From contig JBFLGF010000219.1 of NCBI GenBank assembly GCA_050230475.1, positions 1-56,989 on the forward strand: a stretch of DNA of 56,989 nt, read 5' to 3'. The number at the start of each line of letters is the position of its first letter. The stretch's first letter is position 1. Below the pieces are notes generated by a model that saw only the letters and a program-made list of their open reading frames with translations, ran no database searches and was not told where the DNA came from. The translations under genes were made by a program, and so were the position numbers. This stretch comes from Ancylonema sp. (lineage: Eukaryota). Below are positions 37,079 to 48,867 of this stretch, piece by piece.

Positions 37079-40000
37079 TCATTTCGCTAGTAGGGGTTGT
37101 CGAAGTTCCCCCTTTTCTACATCTGGGCTATCGACACCCATCGCCTTTGCGACACCCATCGCCTTTGAGAGAGCAAGTCCCCTCGCCCTATCAATCTTTC
37201 CAAGCTCCACACACCACTTCACCCCTTCTATCCACCAACTAGAAAGTAGACTTACCACCAAAATTGCGGTCCACCCTTCCCACGCTATCGATGTTATATG
37301 AAGCAAACTCCTAAGATCCCTCCACATTGCCAACACGCATGCTAGCAGTACTGCTAATGTTAGCCACACGACAATGACCACATTGGATAGGATGCCCTTC
37401 GGAAAGACAACTTCCGATAGGCTTCTCATGTTCATTGCCACAAAAACATGTGTTAGAAGCCGGCATCGTACCACACAGCGTATCCAAAACACACGAGAAC
37501 GGATGTCGAAAGTGAGATGGCTGTGGCAGCCACACCGAGGAGTAGCTCCGTGTCAAAGAAGGGTTGCATGCGCTTTCTTGGAGTCCGCGCCATCACATTG
37601 CGGTCGGCTGCCTCCACAACAAATGATGTCGAGGCACCAAGATCCATAAATAGCTCGAGGACTATGATGTGGATCGGGGCGAGCGGGAATCTGCCATACA
37701 CCCCCATGTGAACATCCAAGTATGGTGGACCGATCCAAATCTTATATTCCGAACCCTCACCTGTCCCACAAAGTGCCGACGACAAAGAGAAGGAGCAGCC
37801 CCGCTTTCGCCCCCAAATAAAAGGCAAGCGCTTTCCTCAGGTTGTCCACCACTCGCCTGCCCTCAGTGAGAGCGTCCACCACACTCCCAAAGGAATCGTT
37901 CAAGATCACAATCGGCGCTGCATCACGTGCAGCATCACTGCCTCCTCCCATGGCCAGACCGACATCAGCATGAGCTAGCACAGGGGCATCGTTCACGCCT
38001 GCATTGCACAAACACCCCGCTTCAAATAACACCTTTGCTACAAGCACACGCAGGGGTGCAACCCACCATCTCCTGTGACAGCCACACAATGTCCCGCCTC
38101 TTGCAGTGCCTGTAGGATGGCGTACTTGTCTGCAGGTGCCGCACGAGCAAACACGGCTGTGGCCTCCACATCCTCCACCGCCCCCCCCACGCAAGAATGC
38201 GATTCCTGCACCCACCCCTACCAGCATTAGAGACACGAGCCATGTCAAATAGCAGTCAGGCGCACATACCTCTGCGTCCCTGAGCAGCCCCACCTGGCGA
38301 GCCACAGCTTGCGCGGTGCTGAGGTGGTCTCCTGTCACCATCACCACTCGGATGCCTGCAGCCTGACAGCTGGCCACTGCCTCGGCTGCACCCTGGCGGA
38401 CAGGATCGCGGAACGCCAGCACACCCACAAACCGTGCCTCAGACTCCTCAACCCTGCGAGCGGCGTAGCCAATCATGCGCAACCCCGTAGCGGCTGCAGC
38501 TGCAATAGCCTCTCGCCAGGGCATCGCTCCCCCTCCCCCACACTCCCCAGCCAACAACTCGGGGGCTCCCTTCAAGTATTGCACCACTTTGCCCTCCCGG
38601 CAGAAGGTGCGGCTGGATGTCTTGGTGGCAGAATGGAAGGGAACATCTTCCGTCACTCGCGCCTCCCCCTTGGCAACTCTGAGGGACCTGAACGTCTCCC
38701 CTCTCCTCCCCCCCCAGGAGAGCAGCACGGCCCTGTCAAAGGGGTCAGCCACCTCCCCTGCCGGACTGAGTTCATGGGTCTCTGGATGGTCACCCAGATC
38801 CCACACTTCTGCCATGAACACCCATGCCTCCATCAGCTCAGATGCCTCATTCCCATCCATGGGGATGGCCCCACTGGTCGATCTCTCCATCAGGGCTATG
38901 AGGAGAGGAGGATCTGCCGCCCAGCCCTGCAGCTCTAGCCGGTTCTCAGTCAGGGTACCGGTTTTGTCAGTGAGGAGTGTGTCGACATACCCCAGACTCT
39001 CCGCCCCCTGCAACCGTTTCACATATATTTTCTTCTTGGACAGGAACTGAGCGCCCACTGCCAGCACTGCGGTGACCAGAATGGGCAACTCCTCTGGGAT
39101 GGTCGCAAACGCCAAGCTGAGTCCGGTGAGTATGGCATCTTGCCACCTGGCACCCTTCCACAGGCCGAGGGCAGTGCCTCCAAGACTCGCCACCACTGCG
39201 ACAAGTGTCAGCTTCCCAGCAGCTTCTTTGAGCATCTTCTGCAGGGGCGTTTTCTTCTCCTTGTGCTTCCTTGCCAGTTCCACATTTGCCCCCACAGCTG
39301 TGTCTCTTCCTGTGGCATATACCACCCCCTTGCCCTTGCCCCCTGTCACCAGAGTGCCTGTTAGAACCACATTCTCCCGATCCGTAACAGGGCTGTCCGC
39401 GGGCAGAATGACTTCCGCATCTTTGCTGACTGGAAGTGCCTCCCCTGTGATGGATGACTCATCCACCTGCAGCGCCACAGCCTCCAGGAGGCGAATGTCG
39501 GCAGGGACCTCCTGCAAGGGTCAAACCAGGGAATGAGCGGGAGGGAAGCAGGGGGAGATGCCGACGTGGTCTCACCATGCCGGCTCTCAGGATGACACAG
39601 TCCCCAGGCACCACCAGGTTGCGGTCGACTCGTTTAGGCAGACCGCTTCGAAGCAGCATTGCCTCCCTGGGAGTGGAAGTGCGCAGGTGGAGGAGAGCCA
39701 GCTTGGCGCGGTACTCTGTCCCCATCTCCGCCGCCACCATGAGAGCTATGACCACAAAGGCAGCCACGGCCTCCGATCGACTCCCCACCAGGGCGTACAG
39801 CACACCCACGGCCAATAGGAGCATCTGGGTGGGCTCGTGGAGCTCCTGTGGGGAAAAACAGGTCACTGCGGTGATGTGACACGATCGAAATGAAAGATTT
39901 TAAGGGCGCTTACCTTCAAGAAGAAGAGGAAAGGATTCGGGGGCGGCATCGATTGCACTGCGTTTTGACCGTACTCCAAGATCCGCCTGCTCGCCTCCTC

Positions 40001-40531
40001 ATCAGAAAGACCCGCATACTCGCCCCCAACCACGGAGCAGGACAGGGAGGTGCACACGTCGACCGCACTCTGTGTCCACGGAGGGGACGTGAAGGTCGGT
40101 CCACGAGGGTTCCGGACACGCACCACACCCGAAGTCTTCCATGACTCTGCACCCCGATCGATGCCCTCTCACACCAGTGGGGGGAGCAGTGCGGTGCATA
40201 TTTTGACAATGCAATGGCGAGCTATGTGTGGTTCCGGGCACGCGATATTTACGGTCAGTAACCGAGAACAGTGCCTCGCCAATAATATCGCTCGAATTTG
40301 AGTAATCGGCGCGGGGGTGGAAGGGGTGTCCACACCTGGCAAAAGGTCCAACGCTGGGCCCAGAGCAAGAACCGAGAGAACGAAAGCCAGAGCGAGGAGT
40401 CCGAATGCCAGCTGTGATAGTCTCGGAGAATGCTCTACTGGGAGAAGGCCCCATATCCCTACGACGCCAGTTGCCAAGGACACAGCAATAGCGAAAAGAA
40501 CAAATGTGGGACTCTTCCACAACGACCCCAT
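37079..40531 (-). CDS. P-type (P2-like) cation-transporting ATPase, PEELP subtype; frame break near 37461-37471
   Basis: Exons about 40531-40336 (tentative), 40146-39914, 39845-39576, 39511-38270, 38205-38067, 37998-37761, 37690-37472, then 37460-37079. Motifs DESSITGEA, TIPEELP, DKTGTLT, KGAPE, VTGDH, TGDGVNDAP, ELFMD. Confidence 0.9.
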
Positions 40532-41264
40532 ATCCTCAAACAGTCACTTCTTCAAAAATAATTAACATTGTTCCAGGAATGCACGAAACGGGAGCCTCGC
40601 AGGGCGTTTACATTCAGTAGCAGCGGTGATGCAGCCGGTGTCGCAAGTGCTGGCCTTTTCCGAGAGGGCGACCATCTTCTGGACACCGAAGATTGATTGT
40701 CGGTGGTCGAGGAGTCCGTGAGAAAAGTCAAACTTTGTTCGTGTCCCCCGGTCCGGGATTCCTGGAATTCTTTCGCCAATCCGGTTATCGTGACCTGGGA
40801 CAAACTCTGACCATGATTTTATTTATTTATTTGTTGAACTCTCAGCTCTCACTTGTCTGAACTACGCTTGCCTCACCTAGCAATCGGGGAAGTGTGCCCT
40901 CTCCGAACTCGTGCGGCCCAGTGATGCAGGGCGTGCTCCGGTAGCGGGAAGCAAGAGGCTGGCGCAGAACGATCAGCAATTCAGTCTGTATCTCTTATCC
41001 AACGCGCAATACCATTCATCTCCTAATCGCACCGACATAGGACTGGATGTGACCGGTACAACAGAAGTTGCCACAGTCCCCCTGGTCGCAAGCGGGATCC
41101 CCGCGTGGTTAGGGAACGGTACTGCTCTAGGAGTTAAGGGGCTGTTCTAGCAAATCAGCATGAATGTGTCCCCTTCTTTTCCCGTAAATCTGAAGAAGTT
41201 CGCAGGGATAGGGCGAACAGTGCTGGCTGACCGCGTGTCAGCCACTCTGTTGTCTCTGAATAGG

Positions 41265-44200
41265 ATGAACACCGTCGACATCCCTGCCATGCTGGGAAGG
41301 GCCATCAGGTGACAAGGCTACACAGACGGGTGCCAGAAGATGCTCGATCGAATGTATACAAAAAAACGCAATATGTTGGGGATGCAGAGTGTGCCCTGAC
41401 CACAGTAAGGAAACGAGTTAGAAACATATGACACCCCCCCTTCTTCCAGATGTCGCTCGATTGCATGACTTCGGGTGGAGAACTACTCAGTCACCCCCAC
41501 TGCCATAGCAGACTTTTGATTGCTTCTTTCCCTTGTCTGGTGTCAGTGACGGGCCTTACCTTGGGGGCCCAGAGGCGGGGGCTGCCATCGTGGATTTGCT
41601 CGAGAGTCGCTACGAGGCGGAGAAGGCGGAGGGACTGAGTCGCCTGGTCGGGCTGCTGTCCAGCGGGGAGGCTGTGACGCGCTTCTTCCCCCAGGTCGTG
41701 AAGAACATTGCAGTGCGCTCCTTGCACGTGAAGCGCCTTGTAGACATCTACCTCGCTCACTACGCGCAGAGGTACGGCAATACACCCGGTGGTTGGTGGG
41801 AGGGACGACAGAATGTTGATATTTGGTTTTGGTTGGGCGATGCAGGCGGCCAGAAGAGGCTCTTCTTTCGATCAACACCTTCCAGAGGGAGCTGTCGGAC
41901 ACCAACCCCTTTGTGCGCGCGCAGGCTCTGCGTGCCATGGCCAGTGTGCGTCTGCCACCTGTCATTCCCATCGTGGTGCTGGCCATACAGAAGTGTGCAC
42001 GCGACCCCCACCCGCACGTACGACGCTGTGCTGCCCACTCCCTCCTCAAACTCTTTTCTGCTCAGAGAGAGCAGGGAGGGGAGGAGGTAGAGCAGCTGCT
42101 GGTGATGCTCCTGGGAGACCGCTCCCCTCTGGTGGTGGGTGCTGCTGCTGCTGCCTTTGCCGTCATCTGCCCGACTCGCCTGCCATTGTTGCGTCCCCTC
42201 TTCTCCTCCCTCTGCCACCTCGTGCCGGATGCAGACAGCTGGGCGCAGGTGGCCATACTGCACATACTGCTCAGATACGCAGTGGGGTGGTGGGGCAGGA
42301 CTGGGCTGGGGGCAGGCAGTGGGAGCAAGAAGGGAGAGGGGGTGGGGGAGGTGGATGGAAGTGTGGAGGAGGGGCTGGGCAGGCGGCCATGGGCCCCTGA
42401 GGAGGTTCGTCTCCTGCTGTCAACTTCCGAGGGGTTGTTAGACAGTGCCAGCTGTGCAGTGGTGCTGTCCGCCACATCTGTGATCTGGCAGCTGGGGAAG
42501 GAGGAGGAGGTGAAGCGAGGGGTGAAGGCCCTCTTCTTCTTGCTGCGCTCCGTCCCTTACTGCCACCAGACTGTGCTCACTGCCCTCCTCACCATGGCGC
42601 ACCATCACCCTCACTTGCTCACACCCAGGATTGAAGACCTGTTTGTCAAGGCCAGGGACCCCCCAGGGGTGCGCATTCTCAAACTGCACCTGCTAGCCAC
42701 CCTCGCCCGCCCGCCCTCCATTTCTGTGGTGATGAAGGAGTTTGAGACGTACGTGTGCGATCCCAACCCCTCCTTTGTGGCCGCCACCGTCCGTGCCATG
42801 AGCCTGTGTGCCCTCCGCCTTCCTGTCATAGGGGGAGCAGCCATGGAGGGGCTGCTCCACCTGGTGAGGAGGAGGGATGATGAGGTGGCAGTGGAGGCCA
42901 TGTCAGCCATACGCAGCATGCTTCACTCCAACACAGAGCAGTTTGGTGGGGTGGTGCCTCGGTTGGTGCGCATCCTGCCTGCCATCCGCCCACCTGCTGC
43001 CCGTGCCACCCTGGTGTGGATGGTGGGTTGTAGCGCACACCTGGCACACCTGGCGCCTCTCCTCCTGCGCTACCTGGCAAAGGGGTTCGGGGAGGAGGAA
43101 GCAGAGACCAAGGTGCAGATTGTGAATACTGCGGCCAAGCTGGTGGTACAGGGGAGGGAGGGGGAGGCGGTTTGTGGGTATGTGCTGGACATGGCACGAT
43201 ATGACCTCGACTATGCGGTGAGGGACAGAGCCAGGGCCATCAGGGGGCTGCTCACGATGAAGAAACTGGTGGCAGGGGGGGGGGGGAAGGGGGAGCACAG
43301 GGTGGAGGAGGAGAGGGTGTTGGATGAGGTGGCATGCCAGCTCATGTCTCCCTTGTTGCCTTCAGCTGGGGTGGAGGGGGTGGGGCTGACAGGTGCAGCC
43401 ATCGACCTCCCCTCCCGGTCTGCCGTGGTGGGGCACAGGGCACCGGGGTGGGAGGAGTTCTGGGAGGCAGGAACCATATCGGAGGAGGGGGAAATCTGTG
43501 CAGGGGGTATTCTGAGAGGGGATGAGGCAGAGAGTGTGGAGAGTGATGGATCATTCTATTCTACCGATGACACCCACTCAGAAGAGGAAGGGGAGGAGGA
43601 GGAGGAAGAAGAGGAGGAGGAGGAGTCTGGTGGCAATGGGAGGTCCAGTCTGGAGGCCTTTCTAGAGGGGAGTGGGGGTGGGGGTGGGAGTGGGGGTGAG
43701 CAGAACGTGCAGCTCTTGAACCGCAAGCAGCTGGACCTTGGTGGCAGACTGGTGGGCCAACCCAAGAAGCACACCATGAACCTGCCAGAGGGTGGCGGAA
43801 TGGGGGTGACGGCAGAATACTGCTTCCAACGCACCCCCCCCCAACATGGCCTAACCTGCACAGCCCTCACTCTCACCTTGCACAACCACTCTGAGGCAGC
43901 CATGGAGGACATCCTAGTGCGAGGGGCACCTCTCATTGGTCCAGACCGCACTCTCACCCTGCTCCCAGGGCAGGTGGGGGGAGTGTGAGGTGGAGATCGA
44001 GTTTGGCGGGCGGATGGAAGGTGTGAAAGTTGCGCTGGAATGCAATGGGGTGGTGGTGGAGGGGGAGTTGGTGCCCGAGGCAGGGGCGATGCTAAGGCCC
44101 AAGATGGTGCGCGAGGAAGCAGAGTTTGCAGAGCTGGAGAGGAGGCTGGGGGGAGGGAGAGCGGTGCAGAGGAGGTAGGGGGGTGTCTTTTCTCAGCTGT

Positions 44201-44604
44201 CGACCATTGAGGCTTGGTGTTTGCATCAGGAACTCATTAGGATGGTGGGTTGTGGTCGCAGGTGCTTGTTGGGGGATTTTGAGGTGGACGCCCGCCCAGG
44301 CAACGAGGCATGGTGTGTGGCACCCGCACAAGCAGCAGCACAACGAGTGGTGGATGGCGCTCACATTTCCCTCGCGGCAGCAGTGATGGACAGCGGGTGG
44401 AAGGGACAGAGGTGGAGGGTGAGGATGTGTGGAGAGAGAGTGGCAGACGGAGGGGTGTGTTGCGTGAGTGTCATGAATGTAGGGGAGGTGGAAAAGAGGG
44501 GGGCCATGTGGGTAGAAGGGGTCTGTGTGAAAGTGAGTTGTGATGATGTAGTGTTTGGAGAAGCTCTGGCTAATGAGTTGGTTGGACGGCTTGAAGCAAG
44601 GTGA
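41265..44604 (+). CDS. AP3B: AP-3 complex beta subunit (PAT2-like); 1-bp frameshift at about 43976-43981
   Basis: Exons 41265-41308 (tentative), 41547-41771, 41846-44174, 44262-44604. Motifs FFPQVVKNI, RPEEALLSINTFQRELSDTNPFVRAQALRAM, YVLDMARYDLDYAVRDRAR, followed by an acidic hinge and ear domain. Confidence 0.9.
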
Positions 44605-45785
44605 TGGTGTGATACCGCTCAAGTGTGCGCTTGTACAGTTACATTAGAAATGGAGGAGAGTGGTAAACAACACAATAGACGTGCCTAGGCGAAGCTGTGT
44701 TGTTGAGGTAGCAATAGGACCCAAGGATGCACCAAGTATCATCGTTGGCTCACGAGCAGCTTTCTAGTGGAAAGAGTATACAGCCATAAAAGCGAGACAT
44801 GAATGCCAAGCACAAGACAAAAGTCTAGATGATTCAATCCAATTAAGGCGTGTATCATCAATAGAGTTGATACGCTACTGCCAAACACATAGAAATGAGT
44901 ATTCTAAATTCCTCAAAGTTGACGAGCCAAAACAATCACATTGCCCAAAAACGAGAGAGAGGCATGCCTCATGGATACCTCGATAGAAAAGGCAACATGC
45001 ATGCAGTTGTCCATGGTAAAAAATACGCGTTTGTTGCCATCGTGGCCTGTAGCATTGTCTTTCATTCCGAACTCGTGGTATGCACTGACTGAGGGGGAAG
45101 AAAGTTGAGGGACATTGCTCTACATTTCCACCCCCCTTATATATTCAATCCTCTTTTCCAGAATCTTCATGCTTCTCCTCATCGAGTCATGAACTTTTAG
45201 GTACAAGATCTTGATAAGCCAATGAAGAGATGTATTTTCTATTATAAGGTGTCAAACATGCAGCATCTTTTCTTGAACACAAATCTGATGATATCATACA
45301 TAGGAATAAAAAGAATTGTCGTGATGGCTATTGGCCCCCCATGCTAAAAACAAACCCCACACGTGGAAGCCTTTCATTCGCAAACAATACGATGTGTTCA
45401 TGTAGCAAACTTACGCGACTTGCAAGGTATTCACCTAGACAATATTTACACTTCCACATCAGTCGTAACCAATGTGAAGACTTTGTTTCGAGATTAATAT
45501 AAAAACACACATGCAATTTCAATTGCCTTTTATTGATCAAATCAGTTGTTAGTGGTCGTGGGATGTGGTGCCGATGGCCATCCTTGCCTCCTCACTACTT
45601 GCCCAAACCTCACGAGCCTATTCAAGCATACCACGTCGTCTTGTTTGTGCTGATAAGTACGTTTACGGTCTTAAGATACTGCAACCAGCCTCACGTACTC
45701 TATATGACTATCTTCCAAGCAGGCCGAATGTTGACCGGCCTCTTGACACAAAAGAGAAAGTGCATGGTTGCGCAATGTACACTCA

Positions 45786-47464
45786 TCATAGAACTTGCAA
45801 TTTGAGGTCAGCATGGCCCGCGGCCCCTTTGTGTCGTTCGAACAACTCTTCCATGGCCACCACAAACTGACGGTGACACTCTGCCACCTGGTCGGGCGAG
45901 GGTGTGTTTGTCTTCGGCACTGCCACAGGCTTACCGATCACCACACGCATGGGACTGCGGAATGGGAAAAATGAGCTGCAACCGAACGCAACCAAGTGTG
46001 AGCTACTCCTTCCTCTCTTCCTCTGAATATCCCTCTCCTCCCTCTTCCCGCTGCTGTAGCTGCCACTCACCCGTAGCGTCCCCAGAACAAGATGGGAGCA
46101 AAGCCGATGGCTCTTGAGAAGCTTTGGTAGAGAAGCCCCCTGGGCATCCACCAGGAATACGAAGCCGTTTGCCCAAAACAGAAGCATGGCACAAGGGGCG
46201 CCCCTGCCTCCATGGCCAGCTTCACAAACCCCATCCGCTTCTTCAGGAACACCACCTCCTCTCCAGGCCGCAGGTAGAGGCATTCTTGAACCCCTCCAGG
46301 CACCAGAACCACGCTACCACCTCCGTCGAGAATACTCCGAAACTTAGTTTTGGTGGCAGGCGCCAGGCCCAGCCAGGACCACACATGGCGCACCCAGGGG
46401 ACGAGAAACACGACGGTGCTGGCTAAGGCGCGAGCGTTGCGGACGGGAAGGGCATCCATGTGCTTGCTCACAGCCAACAGGCCAATGGGGAGGACAGAGT
46501 GAGGCTCGAGACCAAAGACTGGCGACCACAAACCACAGCCCACCCCGGATCATTCTCCATACCACCCAGACCTGCACACTCACGTGCGTACCGTAGCTTC
46601 CTGCTGGATCAAACTGCGCTCCTTCATCGATGTGGACTGTCATTGGAAAGTAGGAAGGGGCATGGCGGCATATGAATCTGCGAGGGGGAAGGTAGGAGTG
46701 CGGAAATCAGAAGTGGTCGACCAGGAAGCTAGTTGCCTTATACGTTAAATCAACATTTTCAAAATCTGATACATACCATGCGAAACCAGAATCAGTCAGT
46801 CTGTCCTCGCTTGTTCTGCGTCAGAAACATTGGGTTGATCTTCATGAGAGGAGGACAGGACACATACGTCCCGACAGCGCGTCCAAGTCGGCTATCGTCC
46901 TTCACGGGTATGAATATCATCGCTGCAAGTATAGCAAGGAGCCTGCAGGGACAGCTCAATAGCCCTTGAAAGTTTGCTTTTGTGTACGACTGATAATAAC
47001 CACGCAGACCATGGATATGCATGTGAGAACCGTGTTGGCTTCACACATCAATCTAGCCATCATCGAGACGGTAAGAACACAACAATCTGTAGGCAAAGAA
47101 GACCTTGGACGCTTTGCGATGACCACTTCCAGTTGGTATAGTCATTCACGACAATACTCCAATGCTGCTGGCCATATATATATCACAAGAAGTTTCTAAA
47201 CGCACGTGTGATCGTCACGTAATTACCCGTTTTTCCCTTGGATCTGGCTAAGATGTGAGGGGGAGCAATGGAGCCTACACTTGATGGTGGTGATACTTAC
47301 GTCATAGCCCATGCGCTCGGCAAATTGATGATGGCGACCAGGCATACAAATACGTTGACGTGAATTCCTCCGAGCCACAGAAAGATCGACACGAGCCTGA
47401 GCGCGTAACTGCCAGAAGGGGTGTCGGAGAGTTGAGCAGACGTACCACCCTCAGCTTCCACCAT
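45786..47464 (-). CDS. DGAT2: Diacylglycerol O-acyltransferase 2, 5 exons
   Basis: Exons 47464-47301, 46942-46868, 46677-46591, 46518-46071, 45975-45786. Motifs YFP, plant-type EPHS, VPGGVQE, RMGFVKLA, LVPCFCFGQ, VVIGKP. Confidence 0.94.
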
Positions 47465-47949
47465 AACTGCTGCCAAACGGACTGCAGCTGTAGCTTCAGT
47501 GCCAGAAAATAGATAGGCGGGTTGGCATGAGGATAATGAGTGGAAGGAAAAATCAAAATAGAAATAAACAGGATCGCTTTCGACTGCGCAGGAGTAGCGA
47601 CTGTTATCCTTGATCACGACTAGTTCCCGAAGCGCCCCACTGACTGCAGCTGTCGTCATGTTCACGGCTTGATGATGTGTCATTTCCCCTCAAGGTTCAC
47701 GACGACAATATTCCGCCCTTTCCGGCGACATTGTCGGAACATCCGGCCGTCAGCTCGTCCAGAGTTTCAGGGGGAGGCCCAGTCCGTACATCTCGAGATG
47801 ATTTGACTTTTGCCGATATGTTGCCCAATCATGAGATCCGCTTACATTATCTTTATTGAGATGAGGAGTTAAAAGATAAGTGTGCTTGTATTCCGAAATA
47901 TGATGGCCCCCATCTCAGTACAATAATGTTCCTATATAGAATGATGCTG

Positions 47950-48390
47950 CGGCAGGTCACACCCTCATCGACATAGTGGTCGCGGACCCTAGTCGCGGAG
48001 ACTTGGTGGAGCGTGCTGCGCGCATCGATTTGGTGGCTGCCACAAATGCAGAGCGGCGTAAGGAGGCGCACTACCAAGATCGCACGAGCGGGACGATGTT
48101 TATACCGTTTGCTTTAGAGACGTACGGTGCTTTATCTGCTAGGTCGGATCGATTTTTGTTTGATTGGGCATCTTTAGCTTCTAGAGAGAGGTTGTGCGGG
48201 ATCCGGTCCTTCTAGTAGTATGTTGTGCACGTGGTTTCGCAAGCGAGTGTCGATTGCAAGCGGTCGCTAGCACATGCCATTTACGCTAGGTTCTTACGTC
48301 TCGAGGAGTCAATGGCTTTGTTACACCCCCCCCTGCATGCGCTCCACCTTCTTCTACGGAGTTACACATAGTCGCTAGTCTTGGCTAGCG
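47950..48390 (+). mobile_element. 5'-truncated CRE/SLACS-like non-LTR retrotransposon (restriction-like endonuclease end)
   Basis: LIDIVVADP...AATNAERRKEAHY...FIPFALETYGAL...FL, then frameshifted WFRKRVSIA...AHAIYAR, typical of C-terminal RLE domains. Confidence 0.75.
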
Positions 48391-48867
48391 GTTTTGGCTC
48401 AGTCAAGTTGATTCTATATAGGCACATTATTGTAATGAGAGTTAAAAGTGTTGTCTAATTGGTTAAAATTACAGGATTTAATGAAATATTAAAAAGATTT
48501 CGGGGGGGTCGTCCTGCCGGAAGCTGTTTTGTACGGTGAACTTTCATAACCCGCTCTGAAAGCCCTGAAAGGCCTGAAAGCTGGTAAGAGCTGATGAGAG
48601 CTGATGCAGGCGACAACAAGTATGTCATTTCAGTGCGAGTGCTGTTGAGGTGCACAAGTTATCTCAGCTTCGCATTGGGCTCTTTTTCTTAACATGCCAG
48701 AGCGCTTGGCCATGCTTTCGGTACTCCATAGGTACACGTCCGTGTTGCAAGTTGCAAGTTGCTAATTGTAAATTGCACACCACAGTCATGATTGTGCTTT
48801 GCTCCCCGAGGTGCACACATGTGTGCGAACGTATTTCCTGATCTCTGGACTGCATCCGTAGCTATTT

